The notes beneath the pieces are model-generated. The model worked only from the letters and a program-made list of their open reading frames with translations. It was not told where the DNA came from and ran no database searches. Below are positions 1 to 13,500 of a stretch of 64,000 bases of DNA, piece after piece. The stretch's first letter is position 1; each line of letters opens with the position of its first letter. The stretch comes from Catajapyx aquilonaris (Eukaryota). The translations under genes were made by a program, and so were the position numbers. The DNA is taken from the NCBI GenBank assembly GCA_000934665.2, contig JYFJ02001671.1, positions 1 to 64,000 on the forward strand, written 5' to 3'.

Positions 1-740
1 TTGATAGACTGCGTTGGAAAGCTCAAAAAAAGCTCATAAATATGGACACGAGTATGATTTTTGAGCTCAAAGTGGCGGTGCTATCTTCACGGACCTAAGA
101 AATTGACATGAAATGGGACAAACAAACTTTGCTTTTTATATACAGGTAGAAGATTGATTGATTGATATTCACTTGTTTGTCCCTCACACAAATTCTATTG
201 AGCTTGTCAATGCTAAGATTGTTACAATAAAATATCGTTTTTATCTTATAAAATTTTTCAAATTTTACGACACATGCTAAGTACAAAAAAAGGGTTAATA
301 TTGTTTAATGTTGCCAACCCACATTACGGTTGACCACCCTCCTAAATTTTTGTCCGTGTCAATGCAGTACACAGTGTACATATACGCGTGTATGTGTAAA
401 CTACAGTGTATATAATCCGTCCCGACCAGTGCGACCGCACAAACTCATCAACATTATTGCCCGCTGTGTAATAACTCTACGCAAATGCCGCACACATTAA
501 TAGACACCGGTTGTGGAATCGGTTTGTAATGTTAATACAATCCAAAATAGTGGGGGTACCAGGGGCTTCACTCACTGTGCTCGGCTGCGATATCATCATA
601 TTCCAATTTAAATCCCCCCCCCCCTCCTGCTCTTATTCCAGCTTACTGTCATCACCCCGACTGCTTTATTATCACGCCAATTTTTTAAAAAAAAAATATC
701 ACCTCGCCAAAAAATTTACTGTACGGTTTTCTACTTTCAG

Positions 741-807
741 ATTGGCGACACACCTAATCCGGAACTGAGGATAATTACGGCCCTCTTCAACCAAGTGTTT
801 CATCGCG
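741..807 (+). CDS. CARP internal exon (IGDTPNPELRIITALFNQVFHR-G)
   Basis: ctactttcag|ATTGGC...CATCGCG|gtaagt; 67 nt, phase 0 to 1; joins in frame to exon 22508. Confidence 0.85.
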
Positions 808-3800
808 GTAAGTGTTACAGATATTATTCTCTGGATGCAGTAAACGCGTCATATTGGCGCTCCATTTTGGCGCATCAGGCAGAATGCGGCGCATTATTTG
901 GCGGTTAGCGGCGCTGATAACTCTTAAATGCCGATATTTTCGCGCCAGAATATTCATCAGAGGTGCAAAACCCGATAGTGCCGGACCACAAAGCCCAATA
1001 TCGGCAGCCTGCATATATAGGGAGTGGGGGAATTGTTGAATAGGGAGATGGAGGGGGGGAGAGAGGAGTTTGCAAAAATTTTGTGCGAATTTAGGGTTTG
1101 GATAGATAGCATGTTGGGAGGGCAGTTCCGTGCGGTTAATTTTTTAAATTAAGTGGGTATTCCACCCATTCAACCGACGCTTTTAGTTATCAAAATTTGG
1201 ACGATAATGGCATGGCTGTAAAGTTTTAACTGCCTCTATTCATGGCATGAATGAATGCTGCTCGCCTAACATTGGAAGCATATATATTTTTTTTAATTAT
1301 TTATTTTACTACGCCCCCTCCCCCCCACCATCTCGATATAATGAATACGACACACATTTGCATACGTTTAACCTCGAAGTACTCAGAAATTGTCCAAAAA
1401 CACAAAATAATACTTTATTATTATTATAAAACGCAAATTTTGTTTGATTGTTTGTCCAGGTTTCCATGGCCATGTGCGAAGAATAGGTACTGCTACTATA
1501 CATGTGCATTTTTTAAAGAGCGCAACCGAGTGCGCACCCAAGTTTACGTAGGTGGCAAGGTTGGCATTATCAATGATAGACTCTGGTAAGCTATCTGTAT
1601 GGTGGGTGTACTGGTAAATAAGCGCTACGCTTATTTCCAACGCTACGCTTAAGGGGGCCGACGTTTGCGACGTTGCCAAGGCTATGGAACGAACCTCGAA
1701 GGGTGCGGATGGGAATTGTTTTTTTTGGCTCCTGCGGATAGTGATGTTGAGGTGCAGGTCGAAATGTCCGGAACATTTTTCGGGGTAATGTTGGGATGGA
1801 CACATTTTTGAATGCCCTTTTTCGCACCCCTTCCACCAGCATCCACCCTGCACAATTATTTTGACACGTGTCGACATTTCTGACACCGGGTATGATGACC
1901 CGTGCTTCATCCGCACACATCCGTCGCACCTGTTGGCCAGAGACCAGGAGACGGCCGGCCGTTTTCAACGTCCATGAATGATTGAGAAGCACCTGCTGAC
2001 CAAACACTCAACTGCGACCACAAAATTGTTATTCCATGAAGCGACTGGGCCTGGCTCTAAACGCTGTTTGAAAGCCTTCTCCCGGATTTGGCTTCGAAAA
2101 AAGAGAGAGAGAAAAAAGGAAAATGGAGGCCACTTGAAAATTTGGTTCGTGTGATTTTAGCTAGCAAGCCACCCCCCGTTTGAACGCATCCTGGCCACTC
2201 TGCACTATGAATAAGGCATAGGGGAGGCCCCTGTATAAAAGCGGACTTGCGCAACCTGCTGCCGCCGGTACACAACGGTATACACATGCATTGGATGTGT
2301 TTGAACCCCCCACCGCTCGTGGCCCAGGCTTAAAAGAGGCCTTTGCATCAATCCCAAACCGGATCCGGGACTTGGAAATTGCTGAGCGAAACCGACTCCC
2401 ATTTTTAATCCGTTCTAATTGAAATTTTTGTGCCTTGCCATTACTGAGGGTAAGCTTCTTTTTTTTACGCCACGGAGCCCCCTTTGTCTAATACCCTCGC
2501 TTCTGCGCCCCCTCCTAAAGCCTCAGGGGCTTGGAAGAACTGAAGACGTGACGTCGACAGCGGAGTTTCACATGGACAATTTTGTACTCACAGGTTCAAA
2601 AAAAAAGTCCTCAAAAATACCAATGAAATGCAGAGCTGGTGCTACGTTTTAAATTGTAAAAATATCAGCGATCAAAATAACGTATACGTTAAAATAGCAG
2701 TGACTAATCGCAGCGACAAAAACAGCAGCGATTTCATTCTAACTAGTGGGGCCGAAAATATCGGTTACCAAGATAACATTCATTCACTCACGGCACATTC
2801 CCATCCATATGGGGTAACCAGCGATGATCAGGGTACCAAGATAACGTATATTTAAATATCAGTTGTTAATCGCAACGACAAAATACCACCGATTTAGTTC
2901 CAACTAGCGGGACCGAAAATATCTGCCATCAAAATACGTACACGTTAAAATAGCAGTCTTTGATCGCAGGGGCAAAATAGCGATATCATTACAGCCAGTA
3001 GGACCGAAAATAGCGGGGATAGAAATAACTTACACAATAATGTAGCAGTGAATAAGCGCAGCAACAAAATAGCAGTGATTTAATCCTAATAGTGGGGCCT
3101 AAAATAGCGGCGATCCAAATGACTCATACGTTACAATATAGGCGACTAATCACAGCGACAAAAATAACAGCGATTTCACACCACCTATAGTTTGGGCCGA
3201 AAATAGCGGTGATCGGAATAACTGCTTTCTGTCACTGTTATTGGTCACAACCACTAAAGATTATTTAGTCGGTACGGTATGGTTGCGTAATAAATATAGG
3301 CTGACTTTGAAAAAAAGCGATGGAGCCAAAGTGTTGAGTCACAATTCACGGTGGAGTCTTCCTGTCTCGCAAGGGTTGCCAGGTGCGGAAATGGGGCGCG
3401 TTCTAATCTAATTGTTTGCTGAGCCTGGTGCCTGTGGCAGCAGCTTGCCTGGCTTGGCTTTTCCAGGGTGTGAGTTTAGGAAGTGCCTGGAATATATTTC
3501 CAGGCCCAGGGAGCAGCCAAGTCTTCTTGGTTCGTCCCAATCGCCATATCTCTTTTGCCCCCCCCCTCTCCCCTCTCGGAAAGCTTAGACTGCTCTTTCC
3601 CCCATCCCACCCTCCTCCCCCATCCAAAACTGGCTGCTTGACAAGCTTGGCCCCTCGCCAGCAGCTCGAGCAGCAGCCAGGCAGCCAGGCAGCCAGCTGC
3701 GATTTGCATTATATCTCCCTAGACCCAGTCCCAAAAGCCTCCGGAATTTGCCCCCGAAGCTTCCACACGGGATCCCTGGGATCAGGCTCTTCCGCCGCAA

Positions 3801-4517
3801 GAACACTCCTAGTCTTATAATTTTCTTCCCCTGTCACCACTCCGCTGGGTCTGGAACGACTGACGCGGGGGGGAACCCTCGTTTTTTCCATCCTTGTTTT
3901 TCAGTCTCTCAGCTGCGAGCGCGACATTTTTTAAATCCAAAACTGGACCTGCGACTATCCAATTTGCGCCTTGTCCCGGTATTTCTCAGGTGATATGCGC
4001 CAGAGTGTGTAAAGTAGTTTTAGAACATTAAAAACTGGAAAAAATTGTGACACTTCAGAGCAGGCCGTTATCTCTAGCATAATAGCATATTAAAATAGCC
4101 GTGATCATAAGTATCAGTGATTAGTAGCAGAGATTACATTCGAAAAAGCAGTGATTGCATGATAGAATGATTTTGTTTAAAATAGCAGTGACCAGAAATA
4201 GCAGTGAAGAGTAGCAGATATGCCACTCGAAACAGCAGTGATGAAATGTAGCAGTGACGCTATTCAAAATAGCGGTGTAAACTAGCATCTATTGCCACAG
4301 CAATTGCATTCAAAAATAGCAGTGATACTGTTCAAAATTGTTTGGAATATGAAGTGATTAGTAGTGATTAGTAACAATCGAAAAATCATGGAGTGTTTTT
4401 GTTCAAAATAGCAGTGAATAGAAATAACAGTGATTAGTAGCAGATAAGGCATTCGAAAAGCAACTATTACATATGGGAGTGATTCTGTTCGAAATATCAG
4501 CGGCCATAAATAGCAGT

Positions 4518-4572
<55 letters not shown>

Positions 4573-7500
4573 TCTTATACCCCGTTATCAGCCTTTTTCG
4601 GCTCTTTAGGGGGGATTTTTGTTTTGTCTGGAACTCTTGGCTTACATGTTAATTTTTTGCTTTTTGGAATAGGATAGGGAAGGAAGGAGGCGGCTGTGGC
4701 TTTTTAATTAGGAAGCAACCCCGGAATTCTCCTGGAGGGACCGTGGGAAACCACAGAAAACCACTGTTAGAGTTGCCGGCCCCGGGGCTCGAACCCAGGA
4801 CCTCCCGATTAGCAGTCGGATCCTATAGCCACTCCACCAAACTGCTTCGGGGAAATAGCAGTTATTAGTAGCAGTAATACCATTCGAAAATAGTGGTGAC
4901 GTTATGCAACATCAAAATAACGGTGATTATTAACACTGACAGGAATAAAAATAGCAGTGATGCTGTTTAAAGTGACGGTCAGAATAGCCGTGATTTATGT
5001 AGCGGTTACGTAATAATAGCAGCTATTTATCGTTACTTAACGCAAAAAGATAGTCGTTTGGTTTCCACGTAACTGCTATGCTGCCATAAAGTGTCCTGGC
5101 GGCAGCCCTAGTGCTCTCTGCAAATGTAAGACCGGATTTTCAGATATTGGGAGGCATAAGAGTTGATGGATGACTTTGTGCCCGACCAGAAGCCTGCTCT
5201 TAGCCAATCCTAGAGAGCAATTTGTCGGTCCTAATCAGGCTCCAAAAATGTCTCCGACTCCATTCAAAGCCACCTTGTCTGCCTGAGCCCACCTTATAAG
5301 GATTACGAGTCACTGTCCAAAAGCCTGGGTCCCTCATTACAAATTATTGTACTTAAGATATACTCGAGAGTCCCCAGGTGCTAAGCTATCCCCCTCCGAA
5401 TAATTCACTAATTAACCAGTCGTTTTGTTTCGCCAGCGACTCCCTGGAACAGACTTCATTGGGTATATAGTGGGGGGTAATCTCTGTGATGTCACTTTAG
5501 GACCCCAACTGCATGGGAGGTAGAGAGAGGCCTATGCATAATTTGAGCCGCTTTTGCCCACCGCCTAGCCATTTACCCCTTGTTTGCCCTCCAAATAAAC
5601 CTAATGGACATACCCGAGCTTGTGTTCAAGAGGTCACTTTTCCAACCCGCAAACACCTCCTGTACATACGGACGGAGTCGGGTTTGCGTCAATATCGGCG
5701 AGTAAATAGGGGGGATGCTGGAAAAATACTGCGGCTGGAAAGTCACCAGAAATCAGCACGCATGGTTGGCAGGATGACTCACCCCGGACAAATATCTGAT
5801 TATCACTAGTGGAGACAATCAAATGATTCTGTGACTGGATCCATCAGCTTGAAGAAGAAGAAAAAAAAAGTCCAGATGACTTAGCGGGCCAGTCAAAATT
5901 TATATAGGGGACGTGCGTGGTAATGCGTGGTGTTGACAAGCCAATTAAGACGTCAGACCACTTAACCCGAGTCATGAACCGAGGCTCACATAATCGGTGC
6001 TGGCAATGCACTCGCCTACAATCAGCTTCCAACACATCAAGCTCTGGGCCCAATGCCATTAACTTCACCGCCTCAGAATATTACAAACGTGGCTTTATAC
6101 TGATGTTCCGCCTGAAATTTTTCCAGTTTTTAATAATTTTTTTAAAATGCGCAGAAACTAAGTGATAATGCCTGTTTCCATTTCAGAATGAAAATATTCG
6201 TAATTCATAATCAAAGATTTTTTTCAAAAAAATTGAGTTGAGTTGGTTCGGTTGTATGGAAGTAAATTAGGGAAAAACTTCAGTTGTAGCCAAACCTGGA
6301 CAAACGGACGAACTTTGCCTTTTACATAGAGACAGGCGAGGCTTTATTACTTATCCTTTTAAGGCCCATTCACACAGGCCGTCGACGGTTTTGGTTTTGG
6401 TTTTGGTGTTGGTTTTGGACCATCAGAGTGGGCCCTCACGGTAACCATGACGCGTTGTTTACGTGAGGGCCCGTTCTGATTGGTCCGTGGCGTCGACGAG
6501 ACCAGAAACCAAAACCGTCGACGGCCTGTGTGAATGGGCCTTTATACTTTTCTAGCATCGGACCCCATTCTTTGCACGACCTGTTGTCACGGTAACCGTT
6601 GTCATTGACAAACAAACAAACAAACTTTCGCTGATACGATGTAAGATTACACTTTATTTGTCTTTGTTTTCATACTTCATTTACGAGTATTCGTCATCTC
6701 TTCAGGAAGTCTAGTCTGAGCAATAGAAGTAACTGACCCTATATATAGGGGAGTAACCATAGTTGAAGTTGGTTTTGTAGATATGGCACCGTTAGGCCTT
6801 TTAACTGCCAGTTAAAAAGTTGGGAGACACCTGGCACACAGACAAAGTCAGCTGTTTTGCTCGCCTGGACCTCCACTGGACTTGTATAACTCCGACTCTC
6901 TCTTTCTCTGCTCTCTTGATGTACTTGCTTCATCTGCATGGTGGGAGATATCTCGTTGTCACTTGGTCTAGCTCACCAGGTGAGATGGAGAATGAAGCTG
7001 GCTGGCTGGTATGGAGTGTCAGATTTGAGTTGTAATGAAGGCCCCGGTTGGCTTGGTGTAACGGCCTTAATAAACCGCCAAGGAAGTCTTGTGCGGACAT
7101 AACCCCGCCGGCTCATTGCCCCTTTTAGGGCCCTATTCCTACGGCTACGCGCTTTGTTTGCTCAACTCCTGCCAACTGCCTTTGCTTATTCTGTTACTCT
7201 TTTTTTATATTTAAAAATTATCAGTATGTATACGGCCGTTATTTGCGTGCCCTTTGATCTGAACAGACTGTTTACACGGCTTGATCTGGACGGTAACGCT
7301 GACCGTAAAGTGTCGAGGCTTTAGCTATTACCGGCACTTAACGTGTAATTAGGCGTTGCCAGTGCGTCTCTTTGCAGCTCAATTAGGGTTCAAGGGTTGG
7401 GCCTGTGTGTAGCTGCCGGTTTGTACAGTGCAAATCGGGGGGTAACTCCTGCGCACTGCACACAATTTGGGACCTAATCAGACCAGCCCCAATTTTATTA

Positions 7501-10500
7501 CCGCCCCCTGTTTAATCTACATTTTCACCCGAGCAGAGGAGGAGACCCATGCAGGGGGGTGTGCTATCAATTTTCCGCGTGTCAGATTGCGTCTCGTCCT
7601 GCCTCTGACATCGATCCGGGGACACTGGACAAAAAAAACGAAGATGGAGAAAAGGGGGACAGAAAAAAACGACTCTTTGACATCGAAAGGAATGAATCAA
7701 TGTGAGACGAAGGTTTCACCACGTGCGACACCTTTTTTCCCCCCCTTCTGCTGGTCTGGGTCGAGAGAGAATCTGAATATTATTTAGTCATGCGGTGCGG
7801 TTTGTTTGGACAAGAAAGGATTGCAGTCGTAATGATCCGGAGCAGCGATCGCGAATTCAGAGGGATATCCTGACAGTTAAGAGCTACCAATCAGGCTCCT
7901 CTGATGTACAAAAAGCCTAACTAGCAGGGGCCCAACTTGCTTCCAGAAAAGTTAGGGTCCTACGGGAACATTAGGCTTGGTCAGGATAGATAAAAATGTG
8001 CTGGAAGGTGAGAGTAGTCTTTGGTTGGTGCTGCTGGAACATTAGAGAGCGGGAAAGAACAAGAGGGCCATTGAAAATTCGGCTGTTTCCTCCCTCCAGC
8101 CACCGGATCACAAAGGGAAGCCTTAAATTGCCCCCCATTTACATTTTTCTCCCATCATGCAAATCATGGGCCCACCCAGCCACCCACCACTTGGGAGTCA
8201 TAAATTGCGGTTTTTCGGGGTGGCCCAGGCACAAATTTTCCGCTCTGTAGACTAGTCTTAAGATCCCCCTCCTGGGCCTGACACTTTCTCGACGACAAAA
8301 GCCCTGCTGTTTACAGGCCGACACGAGCTTAAACGGTTGGTGCCAACAAGGCTTTACACTGCTTCAAACTGAGCTAGTACTGTACCTTACTTCACTCATA
8401 GATGGCGCGTATGATACACCAACTCTGCACATTTCTGCCACCAGAGGCAGTGGTACTATAGGCAGCGACCCTCAGAGAATGCATATCTGGCACCTCCCAC
8501 TTTTCCCACGCATGCTCCAAGTAGTGAGGGTACCAAGTGAAGCGAACATTATCTCATTAAAAGCATTTCACCGACAAATGAAATATTACTCGGGTGCATG
8601 TCCTGTCCATTTGTAAATTGATATTGAGATATGATATACCTGTACTTCTGTATGTAATCAGTGTTTTATAAAGTAACAAGATTCTTTCAAAAACGTCACC
8701 ATCTGGCAACCTGGGGTCCTTCACGGAAATCTGAAAAGTGGGAGGTGCTAGAACGTGCATTCTCGGAGGGCCGCTGCCTATACAGTGTGTTTCGCCTTTT
8801 TTGTCCGAACAGTTATCGGGAAATTGCACGTAGCTGCTACTTTGTAAGCAGTGACTTGCTACCAGCGATTTGTCGGAGGAATGGAGAATGGGGAAAAAGA
8901 GGATCACACATCCCATGGCATGTTTCCAGGCTTGACCCTCAATTTTCCTACCTACTATTCGCAGGTAATATTCCCCGTTTCTCCGAAAAATCACAGTTTG
9001 CAAGTCACTGCTTACAAAGTAGCAGCTACGTGCAATTTTCCGATAACTGTTCGGACAAAAAAGTTGAAACACCCTGTACATGCACCTAAGTGAGCGGAGA
9101 TGACTCGCCCTGGACAAACAGAGGCGCAGACTCCAAATCTGATGCTCTGAAGTTCATGTGTCTAAATCAACGCAACTTATTACAGGGTGTCCCAACATTC
9201 CGTCCACTATTTAATTATCGAATCGTAACTTGCAGGGCATCCCCCGTATTTTATTAACCGGAATGACCCGTGAGTGTTCTCATCGTAGAAAAACACTTAT
9301 ATACGTCCCTGCATTTTAGACCGGACAGTCGGAATGGAGTGTTTTCCGGGCGCGAGTTAGTCGCGTGGCTACGTCCTTATTAGATCCCCCCCCCCAACCC
9401 TTCCCCTTCCATCCCCCCCTTCCTCCTCTTTTCCTGCTTTTCTCCGGACTATTCGTGTAAATCAGACGGGGAAATGGGTGGGTGCAGCCACGCCTGGAAA
9501 CACGTCCGCAGTCATTTCCACGGGTTATATCTGTGCACCCTCCCGGTCGAGGTTTCCGGGTTGGGGGAGAGAATTCCACCACCGACTCTCTCTCTTCCTC
9601 GATATATATATACACGGGGGCTCCCAGAAGAGAGAGAGTTTCAAAATATCTGATGTCCAGCCAGCGATAACGAGATGTTTACTTTCCAACGCTTCCGAGG
9701 CATTTCCAGGACTATGCACGTGCCTTTAGATAGAGAGAAAATGAAAAAGAAAGAGGCTGGAAAGTAGCCAGCAAAATGCATCCAAGATGGTGGAAATTTT
9801 AGTCTGGTTGCCAGGAATTGTTAGAAGGGTAGATATGAAAGTGTCTGTGATGTTTGAGTTATTTTTGTTGTTTAATATTTTAAATATTTTATGAGCGAAT
9901 CAATTAGCACAGCTAACAATCCAACTACTGTACACAAGTATCCTACATATAGATATACAGGGTGGTCCATGTTCAAGTGTCGTTTTATAACGGCGATTAA
10001 TGGAAGCGCCTAACGATGACGTAGCAGAGACGTGTAAAATTGCCCACTTCGATTGCGCCGAAGATGCGCCGAAGTGGGACATTTTACGCGTCGCTGCTAC
10101 GTCATCGCAAAATCACTGCTATTAATCGCCATTATAAAACGACACTTGAACTTGGACCACCCTGATATAGATATCTTAACTTACAGGTAGCTGACTCGTG
10201 GCAAATATTGGCGCCACTGCCCCCCCCCCCTATCTTGGACGTAGTACGATATGCCACAACAGTTGGCGCATAGGCTGTCCCTCTTACTGCTGTGCTTATC
10301 AATGACAATGTTCCCATCAGTACAGGGTGATCCCAAAAGTGTAAAATCAGTTCCGTCCCATAAGAGGAAACGCCCTCCACGTGTAACCTGCAAATTAATT
10401 TTCGAAGAAAAAAAAGTGGGGAGGGCCAAAATCCTAAGGGCATATTTTTGGGGGGGTTTTGTTGTAACCCTGGTGCTTGCCTTTTCCCCTCCTATAATGT

Positions 10501-13500
10501 GGAATAATAGGTAGTCTGTGAGCCAAGGGACCAAATGAATGCTCATGCTTTATGGGGCAGTAAAATCTTGGGAACATGTCCGGCAGAATTGTACGGCAGC
10601 AGTTTTGTTCATTACTGCCCATTAGTCTCACAATAAAGCAAAGGATACACTTCCCAAGTGAAATTATTTGGGCCCCCCCTCTGAATAAAGCGAAAGGGGG
10701 GGGGTTACTTTTTTTTCTTTCCAAAATCGACCCCCCTTGTGCCTTCCTTTTTTATAACCACGAGTTTCATGAATTTTAATTTGCGGAAGAGCTTCCCCGA
10801 GACGCTACAAGGCTGCTTTTATTCACACTTCCACTTAGTCTACGACTGATTATGACCCCACCCTAATTGTTTCCTATTTCCAAGATTTTTTTTTCTTCTT
10901 TTTTTTCCTGAAGGGAAAAGTGGGCTGGGCACCGGGGACTGAATTGAACTGGGTGGTGGTTGGAGGTAGGGGGGGAAAGGTCCATCTATCCATCGGGTGG
11001 TAATGTGGAAATTGGTGTAATTACACTAATGCTCTTGTGCTGTAATGCGGGAAGAAAAATGGAGGCGCGTGTCGGGATGGGGTCAGCCGCAACATACTAG
11101 GAGGAGGCGAGGCACGTGCAAACCCGACATGGGACTTGGGAATTGGGGAGTCTGCGTATGCGTGTGAAAAACACACACACGCATATGTACAGGGAACACA
11201 CGAATTTAGGTAAAAATGACACAAGTGGAAAAAAATAGCCGGAAATGGCAACGGGTTACCATGGCAAAATGGCAAAGCCACAATAACGTTCGTTGGCCTG
11301 CGTCATACAAGACGGACATCATTGTTGACCTACACAAACCCAGTGCCCAGATCGCTGACGCACGACACTAATTAAAATTAATAAAAATAAAATAATTGAA
11401 TTAATAATAAGTATTATTATAATTCATAATAATATAATAGTGAATATAATAATGCATATAATAGTGAATATAATAATGCATATAATAGTGAATATAATAA
11501 TGCATATAATAGTGAATATAATAATGAATATAACAATGTATATAATAATGTAATGATATTATAATTAATATAATAGTGAATATAACAATGTATATAATAA
11601 TGTAATGATATTATAATTAATATAATAGTGAATATAACAACGTATATAATAATGTAATGATATTATAATTAATATAATAGTGAATATAACAATGTATATA
11701 ATAGTGTAATGATATAATAATTAATATTATAATAATTGATATCATAATGATGGTGAATATTCTAATAAATAATACTATAATGATGATGATGAATATTCTA
11801 ATAAATAATACTATAATAATGATGATGAATATTCTAATAAATAATACTATAATAATGATGAATATTATAATAAATACTACTATAATAATTAATATTATAA
11901 TAAATAATATTATAATATAACAATAGGAATACAATTTAGTATAATTATCACATGTTATAGTTATTATTATAATTATATAATGATGAATAAAATGTTGTTG
12001 TTGTTAGATTATTATTGTTAATGTTATTATTATGCGACGTACTGTATACCGTGCCTGACATGCTGGCCCCGGAGAGTACTGATGCGGTCACCCAAAATGC
12101 CATGCAGATAACACCAGCGACACAAATCACCTCTCCGCCCCGGGGCTGCCCATGAGTGCAAAAATTCTGCCCCTGTAAAAAAAAAGTAAAAAAAAAAATG
12201 AAGGACCAAAGACCACAACGACAACGACAAGCGTGTGAATCCGAGCTTATACGCTGCGAGTTTCATCTGACTTGCAGTGATTAATGCTTCTAGAGAGCGG
12301 AACTTCCAATCTTTGAATCCGTTTTTTTTATATGAACAAGCAGACTTTGATGGATATGCGCACCCCCCACTGAAGGATCGCATCCCAATTCAATCCCGCC
12401 CCAGAAATAGATAGAAAAAAAAGCCTACACGCACACGTCGAGATGCATTTTTCTTCCAAGGGGAGCGGCTTGTTGTCTTTTGAAAGAAGACGGTCGTGTC
12501 AGAAAAGGGCGCGGTGAAGCTCATCCGACACTTTACAGGCATGTTGAGACGATTTACAAGCAGCTGGAGCGCACCTGAAGGGCATGCTTTAGAGCTGTGA
12601 AGGCGGGGTGTGTGACACACACCCAAAATTGTGGTGGGTCTTGGGGTTGGTGTGTGTGTGTGTGTGGCTTGGAGGAAAAGCAGCCAGAAGCCGACTCCAA
12701 CCTTTGACTATCATTTGGAGCCCAGGCCTCAAAGGCCAGCCGCAAATTGAACTTCATTTCCACTGCGAATAAGCTTATTACCTTCCGCTCTCTCTACAAG
12801 ATTGCGGGGTCTGGATCCGGACTCACAACTCTTCAAAAACCGGCTTTATTTTTTTTTTTCTCAAGGAATCTTTTGGACTTTTGTTGTTGTTAGGAATGAT
12901 GTTGAGATTCTTTTCAGAGACTAGATAACAATACTTATATAGCCTTGGAGACTCATACCTGGACTTCTCCAAGGCCGATTTTTATATTTGGGTGATTTGT
13001 GGCTCACCCTGTACTTGCCGTGCCTGCCAATATTAGAACTAAAGGGAAGCCTGCAATATTAGTGTCATGTCCGGCAATATTAAGGGCCGACTCGCTTTGC
13101 TCATTTAAATACTTGAAGCGGTTCCGAAATCAATACCCGCCAGTTTTTTTTTAAGGGGAGGGGGGTCCCATATAGAGTGTTGGGCCTTTCGTTTACAGAT
13201 TTATCTGGTATTGGACTAGTGCGTTAAACAAGGGCGGGACTAATCCTAATGAGTGAGCGTAATGAGATTTGGCCAAAAACCTATAAAAGCCTATTAGTTA
13301 TTCTGCAGAAACGTCAGGCAGGTCAAGCCCTCCTGGTTAATGTCCCAATGAATGACCGGCTGACCACCCTATGTAGTCCTCAGCCTGCGATTTAAGCCCG
13401 GAAGCTGAGTCACACAAAAAAACGAGAGAAAAAGTGTCCTGTAAAACCAGTTGACGCGTGTGGATGGGGGAGGAAAAAAGAGGTTGATTTATTCATCAGG

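Noticed and set aside
4780..4850. Possible tRNA gene
   Set aside because: Has A/B-box-like motifs, but I could not fold a full cloverleaf; it continues into a body, simple-repeat tail and TSD, so it is a SINE head.
8557..9117. 186-aa and 142-aa overlapping ORFs
   Set aside because: They run through a palindromic MITE and have no transposase motifs.
11617..11934. Hydrophobic Ile-rich ORF
   Set aside because: AT-rich low-complexity repeat with no coding signature.
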